Part shown: positions 26,354-39,665 of the stretch, piece by piece | Layout: the number at the start of each line of letters is the position of its first letter | How positions within the stretch are numbered: position 1 is the stretch's first letter | NCBI RefSeq assembly: GCF_963921235.1 | Contig: NC_086097.1 | Location: forward strand, 148,430,001 to 148,494,000 | Origin: Mobula hypostoma | Lineage: Eukaryota | Length of the DNA stretch: 64,000 nucleotides | Reading direction: 5' to 3' | Position numbers and translations under genes: made by a program | Notes under the pieces: model-generated | The model's input: the letters and a program-made list of their open reading frames with translations, nothing else | What the model was told of the DNA's origin: nothing | Databases searched by the model: none

Positions 26354-26925
26354 AAAAAATTAAAAACATTTTATCTCATCCCAAGCTGGTAAAACCTGAG
26401 GTACGAGAATAGCCAAGCACACTCATTTCTCAATTGCTAGGAACTTTCAGACTGTTCTAGTGGTGTTTAGTATTCTGGCTTTCTGAAGATTTACATAGAT
26501 ATTGCTGTGTAACCCTAACTGTTTAATGCTACTGTGTAGTGCCTTTGGAATAATAACAGCTGTAAATATTACTACCAGGACCCTGTTCATGCTCCATAGT
26601 CTTTCAATTTCCTCTTTTAATTCAGCATGTTTCCAGTGTTTTTCACCTATTGATTTCTCTATGTTATGTGTGTTTGGAATGGCTATATCTATTAAGTAAG
26701 TTATTCTTGCGTGTTTATCCTGTACTATTATATCCAGACCATTATTATGGATCATCTGATCCGTAATAATGGATCAGTCGTAATATAATTTGTGGGACTC
26801 TAATTCTAGAATTGGATCAGGCTTGTATTTATAGTAAGGTATGGTTTTGATTTTAAAGCAAGATTTTGGTGAATGATGTGTTCCACTTGATTGTGACTGT
26901 GTAAATAATCAGATCATGTTAAAAT
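26354..26925 (-). mobile_element. R4/Dong-clade non-LTR fragment (restriction-like endonuclease domain)
   Basis: ORF 26447-26755 HNNGLDIIVQDK...YLIDIAIPN...KHAELKEEIERLW (PD-(D/E)xK RLE-like); flanked on both sides by (att)n. Confidence 0.8.
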
Positions 26926-27107
26926 TATTATTGTTATTATTATTATTTCTTTTTTCCCCTTTCTTTTTGTATTTGCACAGTTTGTTGTGTTTTGCACACT
27001 GGTTGTCCACCCTGTTGGTGTGGTCTTTCATTGATTCTATTATGGTTATAGGATTTATTGAGTGTGCTGAAAGAAAATGAATCTCAGGGTTGTATATGGT
27101 TGTATAT

Positions 27108-27690
27108 GCTGTTGTTGTTGCTGGCCTCTGTTGGTCAGAGTTGACCGTGCATATTGTGTCCTAGCTGTCCAGATACGCAAGCCTGGGCTGTATGATATGG
27201 AGAGCAAGCTGTTGCTCATGTAGCCAGCTCCCTCTCTCCACATATTTGATGAGCCCAAAGGAACAGCAGAGAATGATACAGTTTGGTATCAGAAGTGTCA
27301 CAGAAGTTGCCAGACAGCATTGCGGGAATGCCTTAGGGACTCCAGCTCTGGATTTTTCCCTCAGGGGTTACTCCTGAAGCCTTCCTCATGAGGGGGTATA
27401 GACAAAGGCAGTGGAGGTTTGAAATCAGAGCTTTCCTTCTCCTAGATGAGCTGCCAACCACAGCTGACGAGCCCCATCTGCACAAAGCAACTGGTTTCAA
27501 GGCACCAGTAACCCAACTTTACCTCTTCACCTGTCAGTAGAAACGATTCTGCTAGGCTTAATAGCTAAGCTGCACATGAAGGCCAGGAGCTGCATTTGGT
27601 TGTCAGGGGCTATTTCAGGTGCACACCATTGGATACATTTAGTAGGTAGTGGGAGCTTGTCCCCATTATCAGCCCTGACTAAAAAAAATT
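27108..27690 (-). mobile_element. Non-autonomous ~580-bp retroposon (possibly Ingi/Vingi- or RTE-derived); second copy at 33255-33842
   Basis: Collinear similarity with 33255-33842; (caa)n tail on the minus strand; no ORF; family uncertain. Confidence 0.6.
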
Positions 27691-29611
27691 AAAGAACATA
27701 TATGTACTTTGATAATAAATTAACTTTGAACTTTGAGTCCGTTGTGCATGAAAATCCCAGGAGATAAGCAGTTTTTGAGATACTCAAACCACTCCTTCAT
27801 TCTGCAAAGTCACTTTGATGACATTTCTTCCCCATTGTGATGTTTGCTCTGAACAACAACTAAATACCTTGAGTGTAACTGCAAGTTTTTATGTATTGTT
27901 GCTATCGGATGATTGACTGATTAGATAATTGCATTAATGAGCAGGAACACAGGTGTACCTAATAAAGTGGTCACTGAGTGTGAAATTGCTTTGCTCAGTG
28001 ATTTGCTAAACATTCTTTAATCACTTAAGTTTGTAAAATTGTTTCAGGGCCTGGTCTGACAAGTCAATCCTCCTTTTAAAATGTGTAAACAATAAAACAT
28101 ATGCAAAAATGATTATACTGATTGGAAGGCATGGGAGCACACTTTGCATTTGACAGAAAACAAGTCTCCAGCGGATGGATGAGAGCTTACAATAAATAGT
28201 GGCTGTTTCCCATCTCAGAGTAACACCATAGCTACAACACAATTGAGGATGAGGATGGGAAAAGGTCAGATCTTCACTGTATTACACCATACTTGTGAAC
28301 ATGTCAATACACGTGATTTAAACTTGACTTGAGATAGTGTCATAACTTGGCTGGTGCAAAGCTGGCACTATGGGGGACTAAAGGAGGGAGCTAGAGCAAG
28401 GTAGGGCTGTGATGGAGGGAGAGTGTGAGGAAGTCATAGCAGCTCTGAAGCATTGGGTCAAACTGGAACTAGACAAGGATGGAGGATGGCTGGAGCTGGG
28501 CAGAAGTGGAAATGGGTAGGACTAAGCAAAGACTGGAATTGAGTAGGAAGGTGGGAGGGCTGGCAAGAAATTGTAGCTGGGTAAGATGTGGGAGGACTCA
28601 AGCTAGATGGCTGGGCTGAAGCTAGAGGTAGGTAGAGAAGGGGAAGAGTTGGAAGTGGACAGGGCTAGTTAGAGATTGAAGATGAACAGGGCTGGAAGAG
28701 ACTGAGGCATCTTGTTTATATCTCTGGGAGCTGAATCAAAGGCTTCTCAGTACAATTAGGACAAGGATCTTCATGACTGACATCAATGAAATAACCTTCA
28801 GTACTCTGGGCCAATGAGCATCTACAGGCCATAAAATAAGTTAAGGCTCATATTTGAATTTGTTGTTCTTAACATTTGTACTTACTGGAGCTTCATGAGG
28901 CATAGATAGGCCACTTGCTGTTCAGCAGACCGTATTCACTTAGTTTGTGACTGCTCACTGATACAGTGACTCCATTTGTCAACACAAAATCTGGACGATA
29001 CTGCTGTCTCACTGAGCTCTGCAAAGACCTTACTGTGATTCCTTGATGAACAGCACGTGGCAGGATGGGAAGACATTGGTTGCTGCAAGGCGACAAAGAG
29101 AACACCTGATTAGAAAATGCAGCAGACCCCAGGAACAGAATAACAATTCTTGACCAGCCATTGGGAAGTATTAAAAATATATATCATAAAATTTCTAAAC
29201 TGCACGGATAATGCCTCTCCCATTTGAGAGAAAAATACCTTAAAATAATGGTGTTTAAAGAGCACGTCTAAGTCTTGAGAATATTACAATAGTAAATATC
29301 CGACCGTATGCTATCACATTTGTGAGTCACAATGATTAGCTATCACTGCTGGGTTACATACTTAGTAACAGTTGTTGCTCCTTGATAACTGGACTTATTT
29401 GAGAACAGTAATATCAAGATCCATTTAGTTCACTTACAGATACTTAGCATATGTTACCTGAGGCCTTATCTCTGTCCAATGGTCAACAATAGACTTAAAT
29501 ATGACACTAAGAAAGCCCTGTGAGGAAAGTTTTAAGAAATATGGGGTCATGGGCACGTTTCCCAGGTGGTTGAAATCGTAAGCCTCAGATTACTATTTTT
29601 ATCTCCCAAAA

Positions 29612-29918
29612 GAACGTAAGAATTAGGAGTAGGGGAAGGCCATCTGGCCTGTCGAGCCTGCTCCGCCATTCAATAAGATCATGGCTGATCTAGCCATGGA
29701 CTCATCTCCACGTACCTGCCTTTTCCCCATAACCCTTAATTCCCCTACTATGCAAAAATCTCTCCAACCTTGTCAATATATTTACTGAAGTAGCCTCCAT
29801 TGCTTCATTGGGCTGAGAATTCCGCAGATTCACTGCTCTCTGGGAAAATCAGTTCCACTTCATCTCCGTCCTAAATCTACTCCCCCGAATCTTGAGGCTA
29901 TGTCCCCTAGTTCTAGTT
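29612..29918 (-). mobile_element. CR1 3' fragment
   Basis: aacgtaagaattaggagtagg...aataagatcatggctgatc; same tail type as the CR1 at 15937. Confidence 0.8.
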
Positions 29919-31974
29919 CCCACATTTGCTAAAGCTCACTCTCTTGCCTAATAAACTAGAAACTAACTTTGGGCATTCCATATTTTTTGAAGAATTACTT
30001 TGTTATTTTAATAACCTGGTTTAAATGATTCATTAAAACAGCAAACGGGAGAAGATATATCACATCAATGTATTGTGTGATTGCCACCCTCTTTGTCAAA
30101 AGAATATCTCAGGATCCTCTCTGGAAAGGGCGTAAAAAAATATTTTAAGCAACCTGTCTGTCCAAGAGACGACTCGTTAATCATGCTTTCCAGTTTGATA
30201 ATCTGAAAAAATAACGTATGAAATAAAACATTTTAAACAAAGTGAAACAACCCCTCTAGCTGGGGGTTAGGGCAGTCAGGTCATCGCACCAAAGTAACAA
30301 TGGGTTTAATGTTGAAGGAAACAGAAGCTGAAGACAATTCTGACATTAAGCCACCCTGACACTGCAGCTAGCATTAATCGTCTCCTCACTCAGGAAGTAG
30401 CTCATCAATATATACATCAAGTCAACCAGATAGAAAATTAATAGCAGGGTAAGGGCCTGCAGTGCTCTTAAGTGGATTGTCTGAAAGATTTACCACTTGA
30501 GGTAAGGAAGAATTCATCTATTTTGTCCCCTCCCGTTTACTAAAAACCTATAATGTGTCTAAAACTGGAAGTTTTCATGTCATATTCCTTTCAACAGAGG
30601 CAGAGTTGATCTGAAGCCTGCCACACTGGTGCAAAGCATTTGAAAACCAGCATGTCACAATGTTTTATAGATTGTTACTTAAAATGCTTTTATTTCAGGT
30701 CTTACTCGGTCCAGTGGAGGATACCCTGCCATTAAAATGACACTGAATGTATAAAAAAATCATGTTTTTCAAAAATTGGATGACCTATCCCTGTCAGAAA
30801 GGTCCAAGTGAATTTGATTTAGATGTGCCAGTGTCAATTTTTTGTAAAGGCAAGTGAGGAATCTGGGGAGTAAAGCAACTGATAGGAACTTTGACTTACA
30901 ATTTTTCCATTTCAGATGATAAGCAAACTCATTTACAAAAGATCATTAGCCATTGATGAAGAAAATATTTTGTTTCATCCCTACTCCTCTTGACCAGTTT
31001 GTTTGGAAGAGGTGCTGAATCTAAGACAGATTCAAAACAACAGTGAAACCGAAAAGAAAAACAGTTTTCTTCTGAAAATGGACTCTGGAGACAGAAAAAA
31101 TTCTAAAAATTAAAGTCAGTCTTCTCTGGAGTGAAGCCTTGAAACACTTTTCGACTCAGCTCGGATAAAACTGGATAATGACTCAAATGAAACTTTTAAG
31201 ACTGAAATTACTAGATTTATACGAATAAAGAGTATGAAAAAATAGAGCCAACAGTTATGTACAGATCAAACACGAATTAATTGAATAGTGTTGTTAGCTT
31301 TCTGGGGAAGGAATAGGGTAGAGTTAAATTCCCGAAGTATTCCAATGGTTTGGGAAAAAGGATTTATGGTGGCTGGAATGCCCAAAATCGCATTTAGGCC
31401 AGAGCAGAGCTCACGTTATTTTCATTCTGGCCCTGAATCTCCAGCCCTATAAACCTGTGCAGGCATCTTTTAAGCATATTTTTGCCTTACAAAAATATAA
31501 ATTAACAAGAAATTAAACAGCATTCTCCAAAAAGCTAATGAACATTTCAGTATACTTTTACGGTAATTTTCAATTATATAAAATCAGTTTAGCCTTAGAT
31601 AGACATCTAAACACGCTTATTTAAAATGCTTTCTTTGATAAACCTATTTTATGGCTTTAATAAAACAACACTGATACAATTCTCGGAAGCATTAATGACA
31701 ATTTGCAAATGCAAAGGAAATAAAATAAGCAACATTCCATTAGGCTGCATGATTATGCTAGTTTCTGGAAGGTTTTATGATTGTAATTATGCAGATGTGT
31801 TAGCATGAAAACCCAATGCACAACTTCTCTGCAGAAAACCAGTGCTATATAGGGCCAGATTGCTAATTGTGCCCAAAGGAGAAACTCTATCCTCATGTTA
31901 ATTATTTCAAAATTATAACAAGGAATTAGCTCAGTCCAGGGTGATGGTTTCAAATATTGATGCTGCTTTTACTG

Positions 31975-32260
31975 AATGGAAGAATAAGAAAGGATAGTGC
32001 TTTGTGACCTAAGGATATTCCAAACTGCTTTCCAGCATACGAAATAAATTTAAAGTATACCTACTGTTGCATTGTGGGAAATGCAACAACCAATTTGGTC
32101 ACAGAGAACTTCCACAAGCAGCAATGTGACAATGGAATCATGTTTATGGTGGGAGATTGATATAACCTTTGCAAGGATGTTAAGAAGTATTTTTCTTTTT
32201 CTTCAGATGTTCAACTGACCAAAGGGGGTGAGACCTCAATTTGACATCCCATCCAGAAAA
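31975..32260 (-). mobile_element. Ancient Deu-domain SINE remnant
   Basis: tgtgggaaatgcaacaaccaatttg...ttccacaagcagcaatgtgacaatg, reverse of the Deu core; related to 2215-2440. Confidence 0.5.
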
Positions 32261-32507
32261 GGCGCTTTGTTTTTAAATTACAAAGGAACAGAATAGAAAT
32301 GTAAAATTGGTCTTCGGAGGCTCTAGCAACCCATTTGTGAGATCCAAGACAAGTACAAATATTGAATGATAACAAAATACAAAACAATTAAACTTGAAAT
32401 AGTGCGTGAAAATTACTGTAGATATTAATATGAAACTGTATTTTAATCAAGAAGATACTAATTAGACATGCTTAATTAGATATTTGGATTGATGTGAATA
32501 CTGTCAA

Positions 32508-33085
32508 AGTTTACAAGGGTGCTGCCATGTCTCGAGATCCTGAGTTATAGTGGGAGGTTGGACAGGCTAGGACTTAATTCCTAGTAGCATGGGAGACCGA
32601 AGGGGTGACATTACAGAGGAGTATAGATAGTATAGATAGGATAGATAGGATAGATAGGATAGATAGATAGATAGATGAATAGATAGATAGTACAGATGGT
32701 ATAGATAGCATAGATAGATGGTTTAGATAGAAAGATAGGATAGATAGATAATATAGATAGTATAGATAGCATAGATAGTATAGATAGATAGGGTGAATGA
32801 GCATAGTCTTATTCCAGGGAAGGGGAATTAAAAACTAATGGGCAAAGGTTTAAGGTGAGAAGTGAAAGATTTTTAAAAAGGACCTGAGGGGTGTGTATAC
32901 AGAGTGAACTGCTAGAGGAAATGGCTGACATAAAGACATTTGGATTAGTATGAGGATAGGATGGGTTGAGGGAGATATGGGCCAAATACAGGCAAGTGGT
33001 ACTAGCTTGGTGGGCGTCATGGTCAGCATGACAAGTTAGGCTGCAGGGCTTGGTTCCATGTTGTGTTATCTATGACTGTATGATG
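32508..33085 (+). mobile_element. CR1 3' fragment containing an expanded (GATA)n tract
   Basis: FTRVLP...RLDRLGL...RGD; tail gttatctatgactgtatga. Confidence 0.8.
32622..32790. repeat. Compound (GATA)n / (GATAGTATA)n microsatellite
   Basis: Read directly. Confidence 0.95.
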
Positions 33086-33254
33086 TCACTTATGGAGGAC
33101 CAAAGCCATTTTACAGTAATAGCCAGTCTGGTTAAATTTCCCTCATAAGCAGACCCTGACAGTACATCCATTAGATGGCCTGCCTATGTGATATGGTTGT
33201 TAACTCTGGTTGAATGTATTCCTTCAGATTTTATCACCATGTCCATACTTCACA

Positions 33255-33842
33255 TCATCTTTATTAGGTCCTCAATTGATCAGGGTCAACCATGGATGCT
33301 GCATCCTAGTAGTCCAAGCAAGACAGGGCACTATGATATGGAAAGCAATTTGTTGCCCTGGCAGCAGGCTCCTCCTCTCCACAGAGCTGTTGAACCTAAA
33401 GGCATGGCAGAGACCAATACAGTTAGGAACCAGCGGTGTCGCAGGAGTTACCAGTCAGCCTTGAACTCCATGTAGGACTGTATTAGGGACTTCAGCTCCA
33501 GATTTTTCCTCAGGGTTTACTCCTGAAGCCTTCCTCATGAGTGGGTATAGCAGAAGGCAGCGGAGGTTTGAATCAGAGTTTGCTTTCTCCTAGATGAGCT
33601 GCCAACCATGGCTGACAAGCCCGATCTGCCCAAAGTGACTGGTTTTAAGGCACCAGTAACCCACCTTTCCCCCTTCTCCTGTCAGTAGAAATGGTTCTGT
33701 CTGGCTAAATAGCCAAGCCACACATGAAGGCCAGGAGCTGGACTTGGTTGTCAGAGGCTATTTGAGACACACACCACTGGGTGCATTTAATAGGTAGTGG
33801 GAGCTTGCCCCCCCCACTCCCCCAGCTACGACAACCTTAAGA
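33255..33842 (-). mobile_element. Non-autonomous retroposon, paralog of 27108-27690
   Basis: Shares ctcctagatgagctgccaacc, aaggccaggagctg, taggtagtgggagcttg with 27108-27690. Confidence 0.6.
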
Positions 33843-35891
33843 AATCAGACCATCATCACTCATCCAGTATTTCAATCCATATGGCTCACTGTATTTTCAA
33901 ATCATATTAAAAAACAATGATTCCCTGATCACACTTATAGGTGATGCATGACTGTTACTCAAAAATCCTTTTGTTCCCATTGTCAATATTTTACAATGAA
34001 CAGAAATATTCATAAGTAATAAACATGCAGTAATCTGGAAAAACTAGCAACCCTAATGGTTGAGATTGATGGACGTGGAGGTCGAGCAGTAACAGACTCG
34101 AGCTAATTTCTAAACAGCAGTGCTTTATTGTCACTATGACTTTCTCCTGCATTTTCACAGTTGTGTTTTGGAGATTAGCATTCAATTCCTGGAGACAATG
34201 GTCACATCCTCTATTTGCAGATTAACCTGCTGGGCAAGTTAAAATTTCTCTGAGAAGGTAGGCTTCCGTCATGTAAAGTGGAACTGGAGATACTATTAAG
34301 GAGAGGTAGGTTTAGAAACTACAATTTTATCATTTCCACCTTCCTCTCCACCCACACCCCTATCTTCCATCACTAACAACATTTGTGAATTATTAAGTGA
34401 CTTTATCACAGCAACATATCCTAATCCCCTTTATGGGATCTTACTGAAATAAAACATAGCCACCAAGAGTGCAACATCTTGGAGATGCAGATAATTGAGG
34501 AGAACTGCAGACCTGATGGAGATTACTGAGGTGGAAAGGAATGAAACCAAACAGAAAAAAAAATGAGGATGCAAATTTTTAAACAAATACATCACACAAG
34601 CTCTTTTGTAGACAACAATGTTTAATTCCCTATATGATTTTTGCTTAACTGGGAACTAGGTGACTTAATATAGGAGTAACAGTTCAACAGGATGATGCAA
34701 TTTTGAGCCTGTCAGCAGGCTTTGAATTACCTTAATTTTATTGCTAGGAGTCAAAGAGATAGCCACGCCTGGTGATAACAAAGGCAGAGATGAGAATATG
34801 ATCATATCATCATCATCACAGGGAAGTCTTTCAAACTGGTACTGGCTCATGGATTTCTATTCCAACCAATGGAGTACTGAACTGGCTTGTGTATAACATT
34901 GCAAATAATCTGACGTTGGAAATTTGTTGTTAACATAAAAAAGGGACTTATAGCATTCTTAATTTTTAGAAATAGATCCACTGGTTTGAAGAAACCAGGC
35001 CCACTCATTGTTGGATCTTTTGAAAATAATGAGGTCAATAACTCAGAGTGAGAGATGAGACTGAGTGGTATATACCTGATCAATATAAACAGATTGACCA
35101 ACATGCTCATTGGACCAAATGAACAGCAAATTAAAACATTGTCAACAGACTGAATTACATTCTTTACAAAAACAAGAATATGAGAATTTTAATCAGACAG
35201 CTTTTTACTTCTGTTGACTTCAAGAGAAATGAAAAATGGGAGAGTTGTAAAACAAAGCTGCCATTCCCTGATTTACACTACTGCATAAAGCAAAGATCTG
35301 CCCCAGTAGGTGAACAGTGCTTTCATCAAAGAGATGATGAAGACTCAATCAGCAATGAATATTTTAATTGAACTGAGTAACAGATATTTTAATTAATCTG
35401 ACAAAAAATTTTCAAATGGAGAGTGCGAAACAGACTGAAAGATGATTTTACGAAATAGTCTGTATGAGAGCTACTTAATCCCACAAAGTGACAAGTATTT
35501 TGAACAGAGTAATGTTTTTTTTAAACAGTGTGTGGCAAATATTTAAAAAAAACGGTATTTAAACAGACAGAAGGATTTAAAAAATACTCAATGACATGCC
35601 CTTTGAAAGAGTGAAATATTTTAAACAAAGTGAGTGATAAGTATTTTAAACACTGGTAATGAATACTTCGAACAACTGAGTAAATGATAAGTATGTATAA
35701 CAAAAGCTACAGGAAGAGCGTGACTAACTTTGCCAGCATTAATTGGTCTATATGGTCGTGAGGGTGTCAGGGCAGGTGGTTGTATAGGAGACAGTTTGTG
35801 GTTTAACAATCCCAGAAAGTGACAAAAGTTGTGATATCCCAGCATGCTAGTATGTCCTGAGACAATGAAGGATTTGTGAACACATAATCAG

Positions 35892-36000
35892 TGAGATGAG
35901 AGACAGTGAGAGTGAGAGGAGAGAGAGAGACAGAGAGAGAGACAGAGAGAGAGAGAGCGTGCTAGAAAGAGACAGAGGGAGAGAGTGAGGGAGAGGGAAG
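35892..36000. repeat. (GA)n-rich microsatellite
   Basis: Read directly. Confidence 0.9.
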
Positions 36001-37404
36001 ATGATGCTAATATACTGTACAATATGTTCAGTTAATTTGTGTTGTAAATTGATGCTAAAAAATTTAATCTCTGTAATCCCCACCCATATTGCACTCCACT
36101 GTGAACATCTGTTGCGGTTTTTTGGAACTCATTACAACTATTGAAGATTTATTTGACCACATGAAATGTAATTCAGAAATTATATCTTTGCAATATTATA
36201 AATGCTATGAAGCAGCTGATACATACACCATTGAATCAGATCATTTGGGTTTTGTAAGGTTAGGATTGATGAAAGCGTAGCACTTTCTAAAATTGAGGTG
36301 GAAGCTACAAGGGAATTACCTTTGGGAAAGCCAGACCTCTCAGTCACCAAAGGTATTGCAGTCTAGAGCAGTGACCTAGTTGGTCCCTAGCAGGACTTTG
36401 GTAGGTAAATTTATGAATTATGATGCAGTGGAAACATTGGATTGTCAGTGGATTGACCCTGGGATGTCACTGAATTTTCACAGGGTTCAACATGTGGCAT
36501 AGAGAGGTAGAGACAAAGGTTGGGGTGTCTACATGTCAGGTGTTACATTAAAGGTTACCCTAATAACTTAACCTCCAGTAAAGGAATTCTAGTTTTTTGT
36601 TATTTACTTTATTGACGCCTCTCATCAGAACTTTTGCACAGCCAACAATAATACAAGTACCAACCCAGCAGTACTACATATTTTAGATAGACTGGAAGAT
36701 GGATATTTTACACAAAGGGAGGAAGTATTTTAAACGGAGTAGGGTTAAATTAGATTGCTTTCAAACATGAGACGAAGTTTCAAAATGGATTAAACAATGT
36801 CTGGTGCTTCCCTTGTGAGCAGTGTAATAACTCTGTGTTGACTGTAATTTATATTATTATGATACACAGTCATTAATAACCACAATGTTTCGTGGTCAGA
36901 GGTCTCAGAAAAGGTCCACTGTTTGAATGACTGGTGTTAAATATTATGAGAATAATTAAAGAACTATGTGGTTAACTGTATGTAAGCTACATTATGCTTG
37001 ATGTCCCAAATCAGTCACTGTGTGCCCCATTCTGTGTAAAGAACACATTATATCATCTGTCAGTCACTTGCCTGGATCTGGTAGAATCACAAATTGCTGA
37101 GCCCCTACTCCCAATGTCTAAGTAAAAAACTGTGGTTTGGAAAACAAAGATGACACAATGTGATGACACCAATGAAGAAAACAAGAACTATATTGCACAA
37201 AGGTATGAATCCTAAACTTGAAATAAAAGCACTATTCTGTCATAAATGTCTGTGTCTCTGTGAGAATGTGATAACCCATGTAACAATTTCAGCCCCCAAT
37301 ATACTGGGAAGTCCTTCAGAAAATTTAAACAAAATGCCAAATTACCTGTGGGAAAAAGAACAGAGTTGATACAGTTTTAGAACAAACAGGAAAAAGGTGA
37401 AAAT

Positions 37405-37582
37405 CAAAATCTGCAGACACTCAAAATCTGAAACACTAGGAGAAACACCCAGCAAGTCAGACAGCATCCAGAGAGAGAGAAATGTTTCAGCTCAGAGACC
37501 CTTCTCAGTCTCCCTCCTGAAACGTAGACTCATTTCTCACTGCAGCTGAATATTTCCAGCATTTACTGTATCTGTTTCAGAG
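37405..37582. mobile_element. Degraded miniature fold-back Penelope-like element
   Basis: Reverse-oriented terminus (gtttcagctcagagaccctt) followed by forward terminus (cctgaaacgtagac...tttccagcattt). Confidence 0.55.
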
Positions 37583-37824
37583 TGAAAGCAGAAGAGCTTA
37601 GTCTTCAAATTACATGTGTTCAGCCAAGGGTTTGTGTAAAGCTGAGGGTGCATCCATGTTGTCAACCCTTCCAGTTCTCCACTGCTGGTCTTTATATGAA
37701 TCCAGCACTGGAGGAAGAGGTCCAATGTCTTACCATCTGACCTCCAACTCACTTCTGTATTTCAATGTGCCGTGTGACAGTCGGAAATGAGCTCATCTAC
37801 AAGAAGAGCAACAGCAGGAAGGTA

Positions 37825-38140
37825 AAGTTAAAGATTAGCTTTATTTGCCACATGTACTGTGAAATATATCACTTGCAGCAAATCAAATCAGTGAGTATTT
37901 TGCTGAGCAGCCCGCAAGTGACACTACGTTTCCAGCACCAACACATAATGCCCACAACTCATGAACCTGAACACCCACAGCTTTGGAATGTGGGAGGATA
38001 GTGGAGAAGCTGGAGTAACTCCACACGGTCACAGGGAGAATGTCGAAACTCCTCACAGAGAGCAATGGGAATCGAACCCCAATCTGGCAACTGGCAGTGT
38101 AAGGCGATGTGTGCGGCTGCTGTGCTACTGTGCTGCCCCC
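37825..38140 (-). mobile_element. tRNA-derived V-SINE-like element
   Basis: ctttggaatgtgggagg (reverse V core), gggaatcgaaccc (reverse B box), tail aagattagctttatttg. Confidence 0.75.
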
Positions 38141-38914
38141 TACCATGCCACCTCAGATCCAACCCCATGATGAAGCAAGCTGCAGATGGTGCAGATGTGT
38201 GCAGTCACCCATTGCTTACAAAACCCAACTCCTCTCGTCTCTTTTGTTAGTATGCCAAGATCTGACTGCAACTTGGCAAACCAATGGCGGAGAAAGAACC
38301 AATATAAGAGCTAGTAAAGATGAAGATTAGTCATGTGATTTGACACTGACAGATACCTGTTAAATCCTGGCAATCAAATAGTCACCCCAGAAATCGAATG
38401 CACACGTAGTGTGATCCCCGACATGCCTGACACATATTAGGTACCAGGTCTCTTTAGCATGAGGAAACTGTATACAGTATATGACTCCTTCTGCAAAGGA
38501 TGACTCTGATGGCTACTGTCACATTATTCATTTGCAGCACAAGCAGAAACCATTCACCTCTTGATATTACAGCGGGTACTTAGATTTAGGTCCTATGAAC
38601 ACAGCTTGCTGCAAGCTGAGGCTGTTATTATCATAGCTGTGGGCATCAATGTCAAAAGGAGTTTGCAGTTGTCACAACAATCCAGCAAGCAGACCGCAGA
38701 CAGATTACTAAAGTTTGCAGGGAGCCACCCAGGAGAATCGGCAGTAGCATAGTGGAATGTGAAGCTGATGACTTTATCCAAGGAGGCAGTATTCATCCTT
38801 CCAACTAAGTCACTTCACCTTGCCCATCAGTCTGGCAGCCCTGATAACCAGGACAACACTGAGCTTCACACAATAAAACAAAAATGCTTTCTGGATCCAC
38901 AATTTCCCAACATC

Positions 38915-39100
38915 CTCCTCACCTGGATACACCTATTGCTTGCCAGCTCTTGCTCTACCCCTTCCTTCCACTTTTTTATACCAGCTATCTCCCTTCTACC
39001 TTTCAGACCAGATGAAGGGTCTCAACTCGAAACATTGACTATTTCTCTCCAGAGATGCTGCCTGAACTGCTGAGCTCTTCCAGCATTTTGTGTGTTTCCC
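38915..39100 (+). mobile_element. Penelope-like 3' remnant with decayed hammerhead motif
   Basis: ccagatgaagggtctcaactcgaaacattgact...gatgctgcctg...ccagcattttgtgtg. Confidence 0.7.
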
Positions 39101-39439
39101 CAAGGTCATCCTTCAAGATGTCCTGCAGCACCACCCAATGAATGTCAGCAACAGCCCATCAGGCATGTCATGAACCCTGTAACAGCTTTAGGTCTGCCAA
39201 GAGCACATGAAAGACACAGTCATGAAAAATAGGTGCCAAGGAAATCTACAAATATGATGGGCTGCATGCTTTGATTTGTGATGTTTAGTTTACGTTGCAT
39301 TGGTATAAGGGACAAGCAAGTGCTGTGATCATCTGTGATAGAAGAAAGGTAAATCTATGTGATAGCTGGTGAATGAGGAATTGGTGCTGCCTGTGCTAGT
39401 ATTGACTGCCCATGATGCTCAAAGTGGAGAAGGAGCATT

Positions 39440-39665
39440 GGGGATAATAATGAGAGTCCCAAGGCGGTACACAAAGAACCCCTGTGTAAGTTGCAGAAGG
39501 AGCACACCACCTCACAAACAGCCCACCTGCCTGCGTTGTCAGCCACATCCTGCCCCAGTTATGCAAGAGTCTGCACTTCCCACATTGACCTTACCAATCA
39601 CCTCAGAACATCAAATGGAAATAAGTCATCTTCAATCCTAAGGGACTGCCTAAGAAGAAGAAGAT
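39440..39665 (+). mobile_element. RTE-type LINE 3' end
   Basis: Ends aagtcatcttcaatcctaagggactgcct(aag)n. Confidence 0.55.

Larger units (their letters stand above)
24905..27736 (+). mobile_element. Rex1/Babar LINE RT and 3' UTR, interrupted by R4-type and non-autonomous elements
   Basis: PDGVPGQVLKACADQL, CLNNY..VALTSIVMK, FADDTTVV; tail aataaattaactttgaactttga at ~27715-27736. Confidence 0.85.
19701..27981. mobile_element. Tc1/mariner-derived non-autonomous element in four pieces (19701-19771, 24046-24119, 24457-24635, 27737-27981) split by nested insertions
   Basis: TIR actcagtggccactttattag at 19702, repeated inverted at ~19735-19757 and as tacctaataaagtggtcactgagtg at ~27956-27980; internal pieces appear collinear once the insertions are removed. 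Confidence 0.7.

Noticed and set aside
28370..28710. Purine-rich tract as a tandem repeat or coding region
   Set aside because: No consistent period or ORF; treated as low-complexity sequence
28886..29105. Minus-strand coding exon (ctaatcag acceptor, gtaagt donor)
   Set aside because: Stops in all three frames before the donor; could only be non-coding or UTR, with no further support
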